From Burkholderiales bacterium (GTDB taxonomy: Bacteria > Pseudomonadota > Gammaproteobacteria > Burkholderiales > Usitatibacteraceae), in assembly GCA_025359985.1 (NCBI GenBank), contig JANYDB010000012.1, positions 4,800 to 68,799 of the forward strand: a stretch of 64,000 nucleotides of DNA. The letters are read 5' to 3'. The position numbers were made by a program, and so were the translations under genes. Positions 22,581-34,930 of the stretch are shown here, one piece after another. Each line of letters begins with the position of its first letter. Position 1 is the stretch's first letter. The notes beneath the pieces were generated by a model. The model saw nothing but the letters and a program-made list of their open reading frames with translations. It did not search any database and was not told the DNA's origin.

Positions 22581-24539
22581 TTACGCTGATCTTTTTTCTT
22601 CTAGACGCGATTTCATGGCTGCGGGCGAATCTGCTGACGCATTTTTTCTTGCCTCGCGAAAGCCTCGCTTGACATGCACCAATAGTAATGAAACGGCGGC
22701 GGGCGTTATGCCCTGAATTCGCCCGGCTTGGCCAATTGTTTCAGGCTTATATTGATTGAGTTTAAGTTGCACCTCTTTGGATAAACCCTGCACATGCAAG
22801 TAATCAATATCGCTCGGCAAACGCGTTTCTTCCTGCGCCCGGCTGTACGCAACTTCATCTTGCTGCCGATCAATATAACCTTGATATTTTGCCGCTATTT
22901 CAACTTGTTCCGCAACAGCCTCATCTTCAACCCTCTCGCCTGCCATGGGCAGCGTCATAAGGCCATCATAGCTCACATTAGGCCTACGCAATAAATCAAA
23001 AAGCGAATATTCACGCTCGATCATCTGCCCCAAGACCCGCATGGAATCTGATTCTCCGAGGATTGCAGGCTGTGCCCAGGAGGCCTTTAATCTGGCGGTT
23101 TCGCACTCAACAGCTTCCCGTTTTTGGCTAAAGGCACGCCAACGCACATCATCAACCAAACCTAAACTGCGACCGATTTCAGTCAGGCGCATATCTGCGT
23201 TGTCTTCGCGCAATTGCAGGCGGTATTCGGCGCGACTGGTGAACATACGGTAGGGCTCGGTAACGCCGCGTGTAATGAGATCATCTACCAGCACGCCCAA
23301 GTACGCCTCATCACGGCGTGGACACCAGCTCGGCTTTTCCTGGGAATAACGTGCTGCATTAATACCCGCCAACAAACCTTGTGCTGCCGCCTCTTCATAG
23401 CCGGTGGTGCCGTTAATTTGGCCCGCAAAAAATAGCCCGGTAATTGCTTTGGTCTCAAGCGATGATTTGAGTCCACGCGGATCAAAGTAATCGTACTCAA
23501 TTGCATAGCCGGGGCGCAGAATATGCGCGTTTTCCAATCCAGGAATGGAACGCACCAACTTATATTGCACATCGAAAGGCAGTGATGTTGAAATGCCGTT
23601 TGGATAAAACTCGTTCGTCGTCAAACCTTCCGGCTCAAGGAAAATCTGATGGCTCGATTTATCCGCAAATCGATGAATTTTATCTTCAATTGATGGGCAA
23701 TAGCGCGGACCAATACCTTCAATAACGCCAGTAAACATCGGCGAGCGATCTAGGCCTGCACGAATCGCATCATGAGTTTCGGCATTTGTGTGTGTAATCC
23801 AGCAAGAAAGCTGACGCGGATGCATTTCACGCGTACCCAAGTAGGAAAACATCGGAGCAGGTGCATCTCCAGGCTGTTCCTGCATTTTGGAGAAGTCAAT
23901 GCTACGGCCATCAATACGAGGAGGCGTCCCGGTTTTTAAACGACCTACTGGTAAATTCAGCTCGCGCAAGCGGACGGCCAAGGTCGTTGCCGGCGGATCG
24001 CCCGCTCGACCAGCCGCATAATTTTCCAAGCCGACATGAATCTTACCTGCGAGGAATGTCCCTGCAGTTAACACTACTGCATTGGCTGCAAAGCAAAGAC
24101 CAACTTGCGTGATTGCCCCCGTTACGCGGGGCATGCCGTCAGATTCATCCAGCATTAAATCGTCGACTGCTTGCTGGAAAAGCCATAGGTTTGGCTGATT
24201 TTCTAGCCTGCGCCGAATCGCCGCCCGGTATAACACTCGATCCACTTGGGCGCGCGTGGCACGCACAGCCGGGCCTTTACTGGCGTTTAGTATACGAAAC
24301 TGAATGCCCGCTTCATCGGTTGCAATCGCCATTGCGCCACCCAACGCGTCAATTTCTTTGACCAAATGCCCTTTGCCAATTCCACCGATGGAGGGATTAC
24401 AAGACATCTGCCCTAAGGTTTCAATGGCGTGCGTAAGCAAACAGGTTTTAGCGCCAGCTCGGGCGGACGCAAGAGCGGCTTCGGTACCGGCATGGCCGCC
24501 TCCGATCACAATGACATCAAAACGAGTTGGAAAGTCCAT
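22581..24539 (-). CDS. mnmG: tRNA uridine 5-carboxymethylaminomethyl modification enzyme MnmG (GidA)
   Basis: It begins [22 protein letters not shown] (FAD-binding N-terminus). The ORF-track start at 24632 adds 31 non-conserved residues. Confidence 0.95.
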   Translation of the reverse strand: MDFPTRFDVIVIGGGHAGTEAALASARAGAKTCLLTHAIETLGQMSCNPSIGGIGKGHLVKEIDALGGAMAIATDEAGIQFRILNASKGPAVRATRAQVDRVLYRAAIRRRLENQPNLWLFQQAVDDLMLDESDGMPRVTGAITQVGLCFAANAVVLTAGTFLAGKIHVGLENYAAGRAGDPPATTLAVRLRELNLPVGRLKTGTPPRIDGRSIDFSKMQEQPGDAPAPMFSYLGTREMHPRQLSCWITHTNAETHDAIRAGLDRSPMFTGVIEGIGPRYCPSIEDKIHRFADKSSHQIFLEPEGLTTNEFYPNGISTSLPFDVQYKLVRSIPGLENAHILRPGYAIEYDYFDPRGLKSSLETKAITGLFFAGQINGTTGYEEAAAQGLLAGINAARYSQEKPSWCPRRDEAYLGVLVDDLITRGVTEPYRMFTSRAEYRLQLREDNADMRLTEIGRSLGLVDDVRWRAFSQKREAVECETARLKASWAQPAILGESDSMRVLGQMIEREYSLFDLLRRPNVSYDGLMTLPMAGERVEDEAVAEQVEIAAKYQGYIDRQQDEVAYSRAQEETRLPSDIDYLHVQGLSKEVQLKLNQYKPETIGQAGRIQGITPAAVSLLLVHVKRGFREARKNASADSPAAMKSRLEEKRSA

Positions 24540-24693
24540 GATTTTGCTAGACAAACTACCAAATTTTATACTGGATTTTGATTCTAAGCGATTGATGGGG
24601 AAAAGGCTATGCTTAGCCCGAATCTCAGGCACTTATTCGCGAGGCGATTGCACTTTTAAGTTCTAAGGACGCAGCCGTAAGAGTGAACGATGT

Positions 24694-24709
24694 TGTTTCA
24701 CGTGAAACC
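24694..24709. promoter_or_regulatory. parS site (ParB-binding centromere-like palindrome)
   Basis: tGTTTCACGTGAAACc matches the bacterial parS consensus tGTTNCACGTGAAACa at 15 of 16 positions. It lies in the mnmE-mnmG intergenic spacer, about 3.7 kb from parB. Confidence 0.8.
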
Positions 24710-24720
24710 TGATTCAAAAA

Positions 24721-26088
24721 CTATTTTCCAATACAAAATTTCCCAAAAATTTCTCCCAATAAATCATCTGATGTAAATTCGCCCGTGATAGAGGCAAGTG
24801 CGCGTTGAGCCAACCGCAATTCCTCGGCAAACAACTCAAATGCTAAACCCGGCAATGCGGCCCGCTCAAGATGTTGATCCACCTGGCTTAACGCAAGCAA
24901 ATGCCGTTCGCGCGCCATAAAAACCCCGCCACCTGCTGGTTGCCAACCTGCGGTTTCAAGGAGCCATTGGCGCACCAAATCGACACCCTCACCAGTCAAT
25001 GCCGAAAGCTTAATGGCGGCATGACGGTCCTCTTGCACGCGTATGGCGGACTGTCCATAAACATCAATTTTGTTATAAACCCATGCCACGGGCAATGCCT
25101 CAGGCAGCTTTGCCAAAATCTCCGCTTCATGTGGGCCAATCATTTCACCCGCTTCGGCAATCAGCAGCGCCGCGCCAGCCCTTTCGATGGCCGCCCATGT
25201 GCGAGCTATACCCATTTTTTCAATCTCGTCATCAGTTTGCCTTAGCCCTGCCGTATCAATTAAATGAATGGGCACGCCCACCAATGAAATCGTGGCCCGC
25301 ACGTAATCGCGCGTAGTGCCAGCAATTGGCGTAACAATCGCAATCTCTTCCCCAGCCAGTTTATTAAGCAGGCTGGATTTTCCTACATTGGGACGCCCTA
25401 TCAGCACCACGGTGAGCCCATCACGAAGCACCGCTCCTTGCTTGGCTTCCAGGCTTAATTTGGCCTGAAGGCCCCGCAGATGCTGGAGTTTTGTTTGCTG
25501 TGTCGCACGATCTGCAGGATCGATCTCCTCCTCCGGAAAATCAATACAGGCTTCAACATGTGTGCGTAACTCAATCATTAAATCAGTCAGGATATGCACC
25601 TTGGCAGAAAACTCTCCCGTGAGTGAGCGAGCTGCCGATTGCGCCGCCTCAACAGAATTCGCCTCTATTAAATCCGCTACACTTTCCGCTTGCGCAAGAT
25701 CAATCTTGTTATTCAGGAATGCGCGTTCAGTAAACTCGCCGGGTTTAGCCAGCCGACCGCCTAATTCAAGGCAGCGCTGCAACAATCGTTGCATTACCGC
25801 TTGCCCGCCGTGGCCGTGCAGCTCCAGCACATCTTCGCCCGTATACGAATGAGGCGCGGGAAAGTAAAGCGCAATGCCTTGATCAATGGGGATATTTTGA
25901 GCGTCACGAAAAGTAGCTAATGTAGCAACTCGCGGCTCGACCGGTCGACTTAAAACCGCAGCAACTAAAGGCATTAGGTCTTTGCCCGACACCCGCACCA
26001 CCCCAATGCCGCCACGCCCTGGCGCAGTTGCAATGGCCGCGATCGTTTCACGTGAAACATTAATAACAGAAACCAGCGTATCAATCAT
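24721..26088 (-). CDS. mnmE: tRNA modification GTPase MnmE (TrmE)
   Basis: It has [20 protein letters not shown]-domain motifs ([19 protein letters not shown]) and the C-terminal FCIGK. I prefer the start at 26088 because the yidC terminator occupies 26115-26148. Confidence 0.95.
   Translation of the reverse strand: MIDTLVSVINVSRETIAAIATAPGRGGIGVVRVSGKDLMPLVAAVLSRPVEPRVATLATFRDAQNIPIDQGIALYFPAPHSYTGEDVLELHGHGGQAVMQRLLQRCLELGGRLAKPGEFTERAFLNNKIDLAQAESVADLIEANSVEAAQSAARSLTGEFSAKVHILTDLMIELRTHVEACIDFPEEEIDPADRATQQTKLQHLRGLQAKLSLEAKQGAVLRDGLTVVLIGRPNVGKSSLLNKLAGEEIAIVTPIAGTTRDYVRATISLVGVPIHLIDTAGLRQTDDEIEKMGIARTWAAIERAGAALLIAEAGEMIGPHEAEILAKLPEALPVAWVYNKIDVYGQSAIRVQEDRHAAIKLSALTGEGVDLVRQWLLETAGWQPAGGGVFMARERHLLALSQVDQHLERAALPGLAFELFAEELRLAQRALASITGEFTSDDLLGEIFGKFCIGK
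26044..26059. promoter_or_regulatory. parS site inside the 5' end of mnmE
   Basis: cGTTTCACGTGAAACa has the same 14-bp perfect palindromic core as the site at 24695-24708. It encodes VSRET of MnmE. Confidence 0.75.
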
Positions 26089-26114
26089 GATTGAATTTAT
26101 CACCTCAACATAAT

Positions 26115-26148
26115 AAAAAGGGCCGCCAGTCACACGACTTGGCGGCCC
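26115..26148 (-). terminator. Rho-independent terminator after yidC
   Basis: The stem gggccgcca / tggcggccc is followed on the minus strand by TTTTT. Confidence 0.75.
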
Positions 26149-26170
26149 CGATTGCCTGCAACCTTTAAAT

Positions 26171-27856
26171 CTATCGTTTGGCTAACTTGGGCACAGCCGC
26201 AGGGCCAAAAGTTTTATTGATATACCACTGCTGCGCAATGCCCAGAATATTTTGCATCGTCCAATACAACACCAGACCCGATGGAAAGAAAAAGAACATG
26301 ATCGAAAACACAACCGGCAGCACCATCATTACCTTAGCCTGAACTGGGTCAGCCGGCGCGGGGTTCAGCCTGGTCTGAATAAGCATGGACGCGCCCATCA
26401 GTATAGGCAGCACGTAAAACGGATCAGGGGTAGAAAGGTCTGTAATCCAGCCTATCCAAGGTGCGTTCCTTAATTCCACCGCGCTGAGCAGTACCCAATA
26501 AAGCGCAATGAAAAACGGCATTTGAACAACGATCGGCAAACAACCGCCTAGTGGATTGATTTTCTCGGTCTTGTACATCTCCATCATGGCTTGATTCAAT
26601 TTCATCTTGTCGTCGCCAAAACGTGCCTTCAACGCTTCAATTTTGGGCGCCATCGTTTTCATGTGGGCCATCGATTTCCCCGCTTTTTGATTCAGTGGGA
26701 AAAAAACCAGCTTTAACAAGATCGTGAACAAAATAATCGTCCATCCCCAATTGCCAACGAGATGGTGTATCCACGACAGCACCAGAAACATCGGATAAGC
26801 CAGAATCGTCAACCAACCATAGTCCACCACAAGATCCAATCCAGGGGCCAGCGCTTTCAGCTTTTCCTGTTCTTGCGGGCCCACATACAAAGGCATGGTG
26901 GCGCTGGCGGTTGCGCCATTTGCTAATGCAGCAATCGGCACAATCACACCCGCGCTATATAATTTGTCCGTAACTTTTTTAGTAAAAAACTCTCTTTCAA
27001 CGCCGCCCTGCGGTAGCCAGGCCGAAACAAAGTAATGCTGCACCATCCCCATCCAACCGTCAGCTGCTTGTTTAACGTAATCTTGTTTGTTCTTGTCAAT
27101 ATCACCAAAATTGATTTTTTGAAATTTCTTAGCTTCTGTATAAACGGCCGGGCCTGTAAAGGTACTAATCCCCGTAAAGGGATTTCCGCCTGCACTTTCA
27201 CCTTCTGGTGGATTCCCGTCTCGCAGAAATTGAAAGTAGGCGCGTGGCGCAATGACGGCGCCGCTGTCATTTTTAATATCATAACGAACATCGATGACAT
27301 AGCTTCCACGCTTAAAGGTGTAGGTTTTGCTGACGTGTACGCCTGTCGCGTCTGTATTGGTTAGCGTAACATCCAGCTTCTCGCTACTACCCAAATCAAA
27401 ACTATTGCCGCTAGCAACCCAGCGTGAAGAATGGTTTGGCATATTAGGCCCGAGCAAACCTGACTGCGCAATAAAGTAAGCGCCAACCTTGTCCTGCATA
27501 AGCGCAAAAGGATGCTTTGTATCCCCGCGAGCAGCATGCTTTAAAAGCGCTATGTTTCGCACATCGCCGCCTTGCGTATCCAACACAACTGCTAATGTGT
27601 CGGTCAGCACCGATATACGCTCACCAGAGATTGGCAGGCTCGTAATTGGGGCGGTTTGGTCCGCGGTAGCGGCAGCCGTCGCTGCTGGCAGCGTCGCATT
27701 GGACACGCTTGCATCTTTGGCACCATTGAGTGTCGTCATTGTCGTAGCGGCTGTAACGGGTGCGACTGGCGGATGATTATGTTTTTGCCACGCTTCCCAT
27801 AAAAACAAACTCGATGCACAAAAAACAATCAAAGCAATAATGCGTTGCGTATCCAT
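26171..27856 (-). CDS. yidC: Membrane protein insertase YidC
   Basis: It has an N-terminal TM helix, a large periplasmic domain and a conserved C-terminal five-TM core ([18 protein letters not shown]...). Confidence 0.95.
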   Translation of the reverse strand: MDTQRIIALIVFCASSLFLWEAWQKHNHPPVAPVTAATTMTTLNGAKDASVSNATLPAATAAATADQTAPITSLPISGERISVLTDTLAVVLDTQGGDVRNIALLKHAARGDTKHPFALMQDKVGAYFIAQSGLLGPNMPNHSSRWVASGNSFDLGSSEKLDVTLTNTDATGVHVSKTYTFKRGSYVIDVRYDIKNDSGAVIAPRAYFQFLRDGNPPEGESAGGNPFTGISTFTGPAVYTEAKKFQKINFGDIDKNKQDYVKQAADGWMGMVQHYFVSAWLPQGGVEREFFTKKVTDKLYSAGVIVPIAALANGATASATMPLYVGPQEQEKLKALAPGLDLVVDYGWLTILAYPMFLVLSWIHHLVGNWGWTIILFTILLKLVFFPLNQKAGKSMAHMKTMAPKIEALKARFGDDKMKLNQAMMEMYKTEKINPLGGCLPIVVQMPFFIALYWVLLSAVELRNAPWIGWITDLSTPDPFYVLPILMGASMLIQTRLNPAPADPVQAKVMMVLPVVFSIMFFFFPSGLVLYWTMQNILGIAQQWYINKTFGPAAVPKLAKR

Positions 27857-27954
27857 ATAGGAAAAAACTCAATAAATAAACATGATTGAATGTTTGCGAA
27901 ATAATGCAAACGGCCTGTTAATTAGTAACAAAAAAACTATTATTATTTAGCGCT

Positions 27955-28173
27955 TCAAGGAACCGGATCATAGCCGCCATCACACCAGGGATGGCAACGC
28001 AATAATCGCCGGCCAGCTAAATTAGCCCCTTTAATCGCGCCGTGACGTTTTAAAGCCTCTGCCGCGTAGTGTGAACAGGTCGGCGTAAACCGACATTGCG
28101 AACCCAGAAATGGGCTTAACAGATATTGATAACCGCGGATCATTGTAAGCAATATGTAGGCTAAGATTGACAT
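27955..28173 (-). CDS. yidD: Membrane protein insertion efficiency factor YidD
   Basis: It has the conserved [23 protein letters not shown] motif and lies between rnpA and yidC. Confidence 0.92.
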   Translation of the reverse strand: MSILAYILLTMIRGYQYLLSPFLGSQCRFTPTCSHYAAEALKRHGAIKGANLAGRRLLRCHPWCDGGYDPVP

Positions 28174-28187
28174 ATCAACTTGTCACT

Positions 28188-28745
28188 TCAACCTAATGCT
28201 TGCGGTTGTAGCATGCCTGGAAGTCTACGCACCGCTTCCGCGAACAACCGTTGAAGCTCATATTGGGCCGCTTGCCGCTCAGCAGTACTTTTGGGATTAA
28301 GCTTTAATTCAAGTGTAACCAATATATCAGCTGCGTTATGTCGCATTGCATGCAAACGAAATGCTTCTCGAATCCATCTTTTAACTGCATTTCGCGACAC
28401 CGCTAGTTTAAGCAGGCGTTTTGGAACCGCTATAGCAATTCGAGATTGGGGATATTTTTCGCGAACCCCTGATGCACGAGCTGTTAATAACACATTCGCG
28501 CCCCGTCTTTCGGGAATATGGGCTTTTAAACTAAATTTCGAAGACGCGTTTTTATTGGTCGCGTTTGGTCCGCTCTGACTCAAAGACAGCGGTTGCGTCA
28601 TTGGCGTAACTCGGATTTTTTTACCTAATTTAAGCACCGCCGCTACATCAGCCTTATTTAACCGCAACTTCCTGGGTAGCGTTTCGCTTAGTGAGGCGGT
28701 CATATGTGACACACGCGAGAGTTTGCCATCAGCTGAAGTTGACAT
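28188..28745 (-). CDS. rnpA: RNase P protein component, unusually long form
   Basis: It has the conserved RNR-like motif AVSRNAVKRWIREAFRL and lies downstream of rpmH. The start is uncertain (alternative Met at 28703). Confidence 0.85.
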   Translation of the reverse strand: MSTSADGKLSRVSHMTASLSETLPRKLRLNKADVAAVLKLGKKIRVTPMTQPLSLSQSGPNATNKNASSKFSLKAHIPERRGANVLLTARASGVREKYPQSRIAIAVPKRLLKLAVSRNAVKRWIREAFRLHAMRHNAADILVTLELKLNPKSTAERQAAQYELQRLFAEAVRRLPGMLQPQALG

Positions 28746-28816
28746 GGCTCACTGGCGCTGCGTGATCGCAGGTTTCAGACGATGATAAAGTGCGCGCGTA
28801 CCGAGTCTTGTTGCGA

Positions 28817-28951
28817 CTAAACGGCCAGCCGAGCGCGGCCCTTGGCGCGACGCGCATTAATAACTGCACGGCCACCTGCCGTTTTCATGCGAACTCTAAA
28901 ACCATGGGTTTTTTTACGACGAGCAACGGAAGGTTGATAGGTGCGTTTCAT
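28817..28951 (-). CDS. rpmH: 50S ribosomal protein L34
   Basis: It is not in the ORF track because it is under 60 aa. My translation of the minus strand gives [44 protein letters not shown], then a stop. Confidence 0.93.
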   Translation of the reverse strand: MKRTYQPSVARRKKTHGFRVRMKTAGGRAVINARRAKGRARLAV

Positions 28952-29322
28952 AATCGTACTCAGCTAAAATTAAAATTGGGCGCATGCCTATTCACAAGCT
29001 TGTTTGTTTATTTGTTATGTGGCGAGAACGCTACGCGACAAACGACTTCCCAGTTTACAAATATACTCAACCTAATAAGCTGATGGATATTCGCACACCG
29101 GCGAATGCAACAAGCAAGAGCGAAAAGCTCTGTGCAGAAGTTAGTATTATCTTGTTTTTTCAGGCATTTAGTCAACCCCCGCGATGCTTTTGCATCTTAT
29201 TGTTAAATATTGAAACTGCAATGTGTGGGTCTTAATTGCCGCAAAAGTAAATGTCGACATTGTGACGTCGCTTATAGAAAATCTTTTTTGCTTCTTATTT
29301 CTCTGTTTTCCGATTTTTTGCT

Positions 29323-29331
29323 TGTGGATAA
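29323..29331 (-). promoter_or_regulatory. Perfect DnaA box upstream of dnaA
   Basis: The plus strand reads TGTGGATAA, which is TTATCCACA on the minus strand, 126 nt upstream of the preferred dnaA ATG. Confidence 0.7.
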
Positions 29332-29456
29332 GTTACTTGAAAAAGCGTAAAATAATTTGTTGTGTTTTAAATCATTAGTCGTCTTTGTTGACGGTTGTTT
29401 TTGCTGCGACCCTGCTTTTTATCATACCTCTCCTGCTACGAACAGACCCCCAACGA

Positions 29457-30812
29457 ATGCACCCATTTTGGCAAACTTGCGTTAGTGATTTTCAGCAAGA
29501 GCTCTCCCAACACCAATACAACACGTGGATTAAACCGCTGCGTTTTGAACAGGAGGGTGATAGCTTCACCTTAATTGCTCCCAATCGCCACGTCTTACAG
29601 TGGGCTAAAGAACGCTTATTAACGCGGGTAGAACAATCCGGCGAAAAATTTTTTGCCCGGCCCATATACCTAGAGTTGGCGCTTGAAGAGGCCGCGGTTG
29701 AGATAATTCCACGCCTGGATGAAGAGATGCCTTTATCTGTAACAACAGGTATTGGCGCCGGTTTTTCTGTAGCCAACATGGTTAAACCCGTATCGCATCG
29801 CATAAACCCCGCTTTTACCTTTGCCAGCTTTGTAGGCGGTAAGGCCAATCAACTTGCTCGCGCTGCCGCATTTCAGGTTGGACAAAATCCTGGTCAAGCC
29901 TATAACCCGCTTTTCATTTATGGCACCACCGGCTTAGGTAAAACTCATCTCGTACAAGCTATCGGCAATCAATTATTGGAACAAAATCCCAAAGCTAATA
30001 TTCGATACATTCATGCCGAACAATTTGTGACGGACGTTGTAAAAGCCTATCAACACAAAGCTTTTGATACCTTTAAGCGTTCTTATCACACCCTTGATTT
30101 ATTATTAATTGATGATATTCAGTTTTTTGGTGGTAAATCACGTACGCAAGAAGAGTTTTTTTATGCCTTCAATGCATTAATAGAAGGAGGCAAACAAGTT
30201 GTTATCACCAGCGATCGTTTTCCTAAGGAAATATCCAATATAGAAGACCGTTTAATATCGCGTTTTGGTTGGGGCTTAACGGTATCCGTAGAGCCTCCGG
30301 AGCTTGAAATGAGGGTTGCAATCTTGCTTAAAAAAGCAGAAAGCGAAGGCATTCAGCTTAATGAAGAAGTTGCTTTTTTTATCGCCAAACATATCCGCTC
30401 AAATGTACGAGAGTTAGAAGGTGGTTTAAAACGCGTATTGGCTTTCTCGCGATTCAATAATTTACCCGTTTCAATTGCCGCCGCTAAAGAGGCCCTAAAA
30501 GATCTCCTTGCGGTTCTTAATAGGCAAATTTCCATTGAAAACATTCAAAAAACCGTGGCCGATTATTACAAAATAAAAGTTTCTGAAATGTATTCTAAAA
30601 AACGTGTTCGTTCTTTAGCCAGGCCGAGACAAATGGCCATGGCGCTTGCCAAAGAATTAACGTCGATGTCTCTGCCTGAAATCGGGGAAGCGTTCGGCGG
30701 GCGCGATCACACAACTGTTTTACATGCCTGCCGTAAAATTGTTGAACTAATGGAAGCAGACGCACAGATTGCTCGTGATCATGCTTTACTCATGCAAATT
30801 TTGCGGGGCTAG
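29457..30812 (+). CDS. dnaA: Chromosomal replication initiator protein DnaA
   Basis: It begins [16 protein letters not shown]...YNTWIKPL, has AAA+ Walker [11 protein letters not shown], and has the C-terminal DNA-binding motif [11 protein letters not shown]. The ORF-track start TTG 29385 adds a hydrophobic extension. Confidence 0.96.
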   Translation: MHPFWQTCVSDFQQELSQHQYNTWIKPLRFEQEGDSFTLIAPNRHVLQWAKERLLTRVEQSGEKFFARPIYLELALEEAAVEIIPRLDEEMPLSVTTGIGAGFSVANMVKPVSHRINPAFTFASFVGGKANQLARAAAFQVGQNPGQAYNPLFIYGTTGLGKTHLVQAIGNQLLEQNPKANIRYIHAEQFVTDVVKAYQHKAFDTFKRSYHTLDLLLIDDIQFFGGKSRTQEEFFYAFNALIEGGKQVVITSDRFPKEISNIEDRLISRFGWGLTVSVEPPELEMRVAILLKKAESEGIQLNEEVAFFIAKHIRSNVRELEGGLKRVLAFSRFNNLPVSIAAAKEALKDLLAVLNRQISIENIQKTVADYYKIKVSEMYSKKRVRSLARPRQMAMALAKELTSMSLPEIGEAFGGRDHTTVLHACRKIVELMEADAQIARDHALLMQILRG

Positions 30813-31093
30813 TTTGATTTATTTTATCCATTCATTTTATTTTTTCTTCCGTTTTTCTTTTTTTACGACCATTAATTAAGCTTTTATAACTGTTAACTGC
30901 TTGGGGATGGTCTGTGGATATTTCATTGTTGATTATATTTGTTTGACCTCACTCTCTTTTTATCCACAATATTCCACAGACATAAAAGAATTCATACGCA
31001 TAATATTTAGATGTTAAGTATATGAATTATTGAAAGTTTACCTACCTATACCGTTTTTCCTTAACCCTTATCTATTATCTATTAGGTTTAATC
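30813..31093. other. AT-rich dnaA-dnaN spacer with clustered DnaA boxes (candidate oriC or part of a bipartite oriC)
   Basis: The boxes are TTATCCATT (30824-30832), TGTGGATAT (30913-30921), a perfect TTATCCACA (30960-30968) and TATTCCACA (30970-30978). The first 90 bp or so are almost pure A/T. Confidence 0.5.
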
Positions 31094-32203
31094 ATGTTAA
31101 ATATTAAAACTAAAAACAGCACCTTACTTGGTCCTTTACAATTTGTAACGGGCATCGTGGAACGACGTCATACTCTACCTATTCTTTCGAATGTATTGAT
31201 TGAGGTACTTGATCAATACATTCATTTTTTAGCAACGGATTTAGAAGTCCAGATTAAAGCGAGCGCCAAACTGGACTTTCCGCACAAACCAGGCAGCCTC
31301 ACGGTAGGCGCAAAAAAGCTTCAGGATATTCTTCGAGCGTTACCACCGGATGCAGACACGGCGCTGGACACCAAAGAAAATCGACTGACCATTAAAGCCG
31401 GGAAAAGTCGTTTTACGTTGCAAACCCTGGCAGCAGCAGACTACCCGAAAATAGCTGAAGCGAAAGATAGCGCCAGTGAATTTTCGCTACCACAGAGAGA
31501 ATTAAAACGCGTTTTGGGACTAGTACAGTTCGCTATGGCGGTTCAAGATATTCGATATTATTTGAATGGGGTCTTGCTTTCCACAGAAGGTGATATCTTG
31601 CGCGTGGTCGCAACAGATGGCCATCGTTTGTCAATGGCACAATATAAATTAGCAGAACCGGTAGCAAAAATTGATGCCATCTTGCCGCGAAAAACGGTTT
31701 TAGAATTAGTTAAATTGCTGGATGAAAGCGATGACCCTATCAAACTCACCATGCATCAAAATCAGGTGAAATTTACTTTTACGGGCATTGAGATCGTGTC
31801 CAAAATCGTTGAGGGTAAATTTCCCGATTACACGAAAGTCATTCCGGCCGGTTACACCAACCACGTTTCATTGAACCGAGCTGAATTTCAAGGCGCACTA
31901 CAACGCGCCTCAATTTTATCGAATGATAAAATTAGAGGAGTACGCTTGGTATTTACCAAAGATTCACTCTCTATTATTTGTTCAAATAATGAGAACGAAG
32001 AAGCAGAAGAAAGTTTGCCAATTCCTTATGAGCGGGAAGCGCTAGATATAGCCTTTAATATCGCTTATTTGCTTGATGTATTGAGCCACCTCTCTACCGA
32101 GACAATACAGCTGTCACTAGGGGAAGCAAATATGTCCAGCGCACTTATGACGCAACCCGGCAGCGATGATTTCAAATATGTAGTTATGCCGATGCGCATA
32201 TAG
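31094..32203 (+). CDS. dnaN: DNA polymerase III beta sliding clamp
   Basis: It has a canonical length and the motif RHTLPILSNVLIEV, and it lies downstream of dnaA. Confidence 0.96.
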   Translation: MLNIKTKNSTLLGPLQFVTGIVERRHTLPILSNVLIEVLDQYIHFLATDLEVQIKASAKLDFPHKPGSLTVGAKKLQDILRALPPDADTALDTKENRLTIKAGKSRFTLQTLAAADYPKIAEAKDSASEFSLPQRELKRVLGLVQFAMAVQDIRYYLNGVLLSTEGDILRVVATDGHRLSMAQYKLAEPVAKIDAILPRKTVLELVKLLDESDDPIKLTMHQNQVKFTFTGIEIVSKIVEGKFPDYTKVIPAGYTNHVSLNRAEFQGALQRASILSNDKIRGVRLVFTKDSLSIICSNNENEEAEESLPIPYEREALDIAFNIAYLLDVLSHLSTETIQLSLGEANMSSALMTQPGSDDFKYVVMPMRI

Positions 32204-32294
32204 GCCAGACGTAAGTAAGAAAAAAATCAACCGAATGGTAGCGCGGCAAAGCAGGCAAATAAGTCAGCGGCAGCAATATCCAAATAATTGTTAA

Positions 32295-34736
<2,442 letters not shown>

Positions 34737-34777
34737 TTTAGATATTTTAGTAAGTAAAATTAAATGAGAAAAAATAA

Positions 34778-34808
34778 AATGCCCGCTTTATGTGGGCATT
34801 TTGTTTTG
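34778..34808 (+). terminator. Rho-independent terminator after gyrB
   Basis: The stem aatgccc / gggcatt is followed by a T-rich tail (ttttgtttt). Confidence 0.6.
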
Positions 34809-34930
34809 GTTGTAATGCCGGAACAATATTGATCGAGAGTTAATCAACAAAGGGCAACAAAATAAAATCAGCAACATATAATATAAATTTAAAAGTAAAA
34901 CACATATTAACTTCCTTATTAAAAAACCAA

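Noticed and set aside
24540-24632. The ORF track gives N-terminal extensions for mnmG (to 24632), mnmE (to 26133), dnaA (from 29385), fmt (from 44305), the DUF4390 gene (from 46522), ntrY (from 47162) and ntrC (from 2662).
   Set aside because: The conserved protein N-termini begin at internal Met codons. The extensions overlap upstream genes or a terminator (26115-26148) and look non-protein-like.
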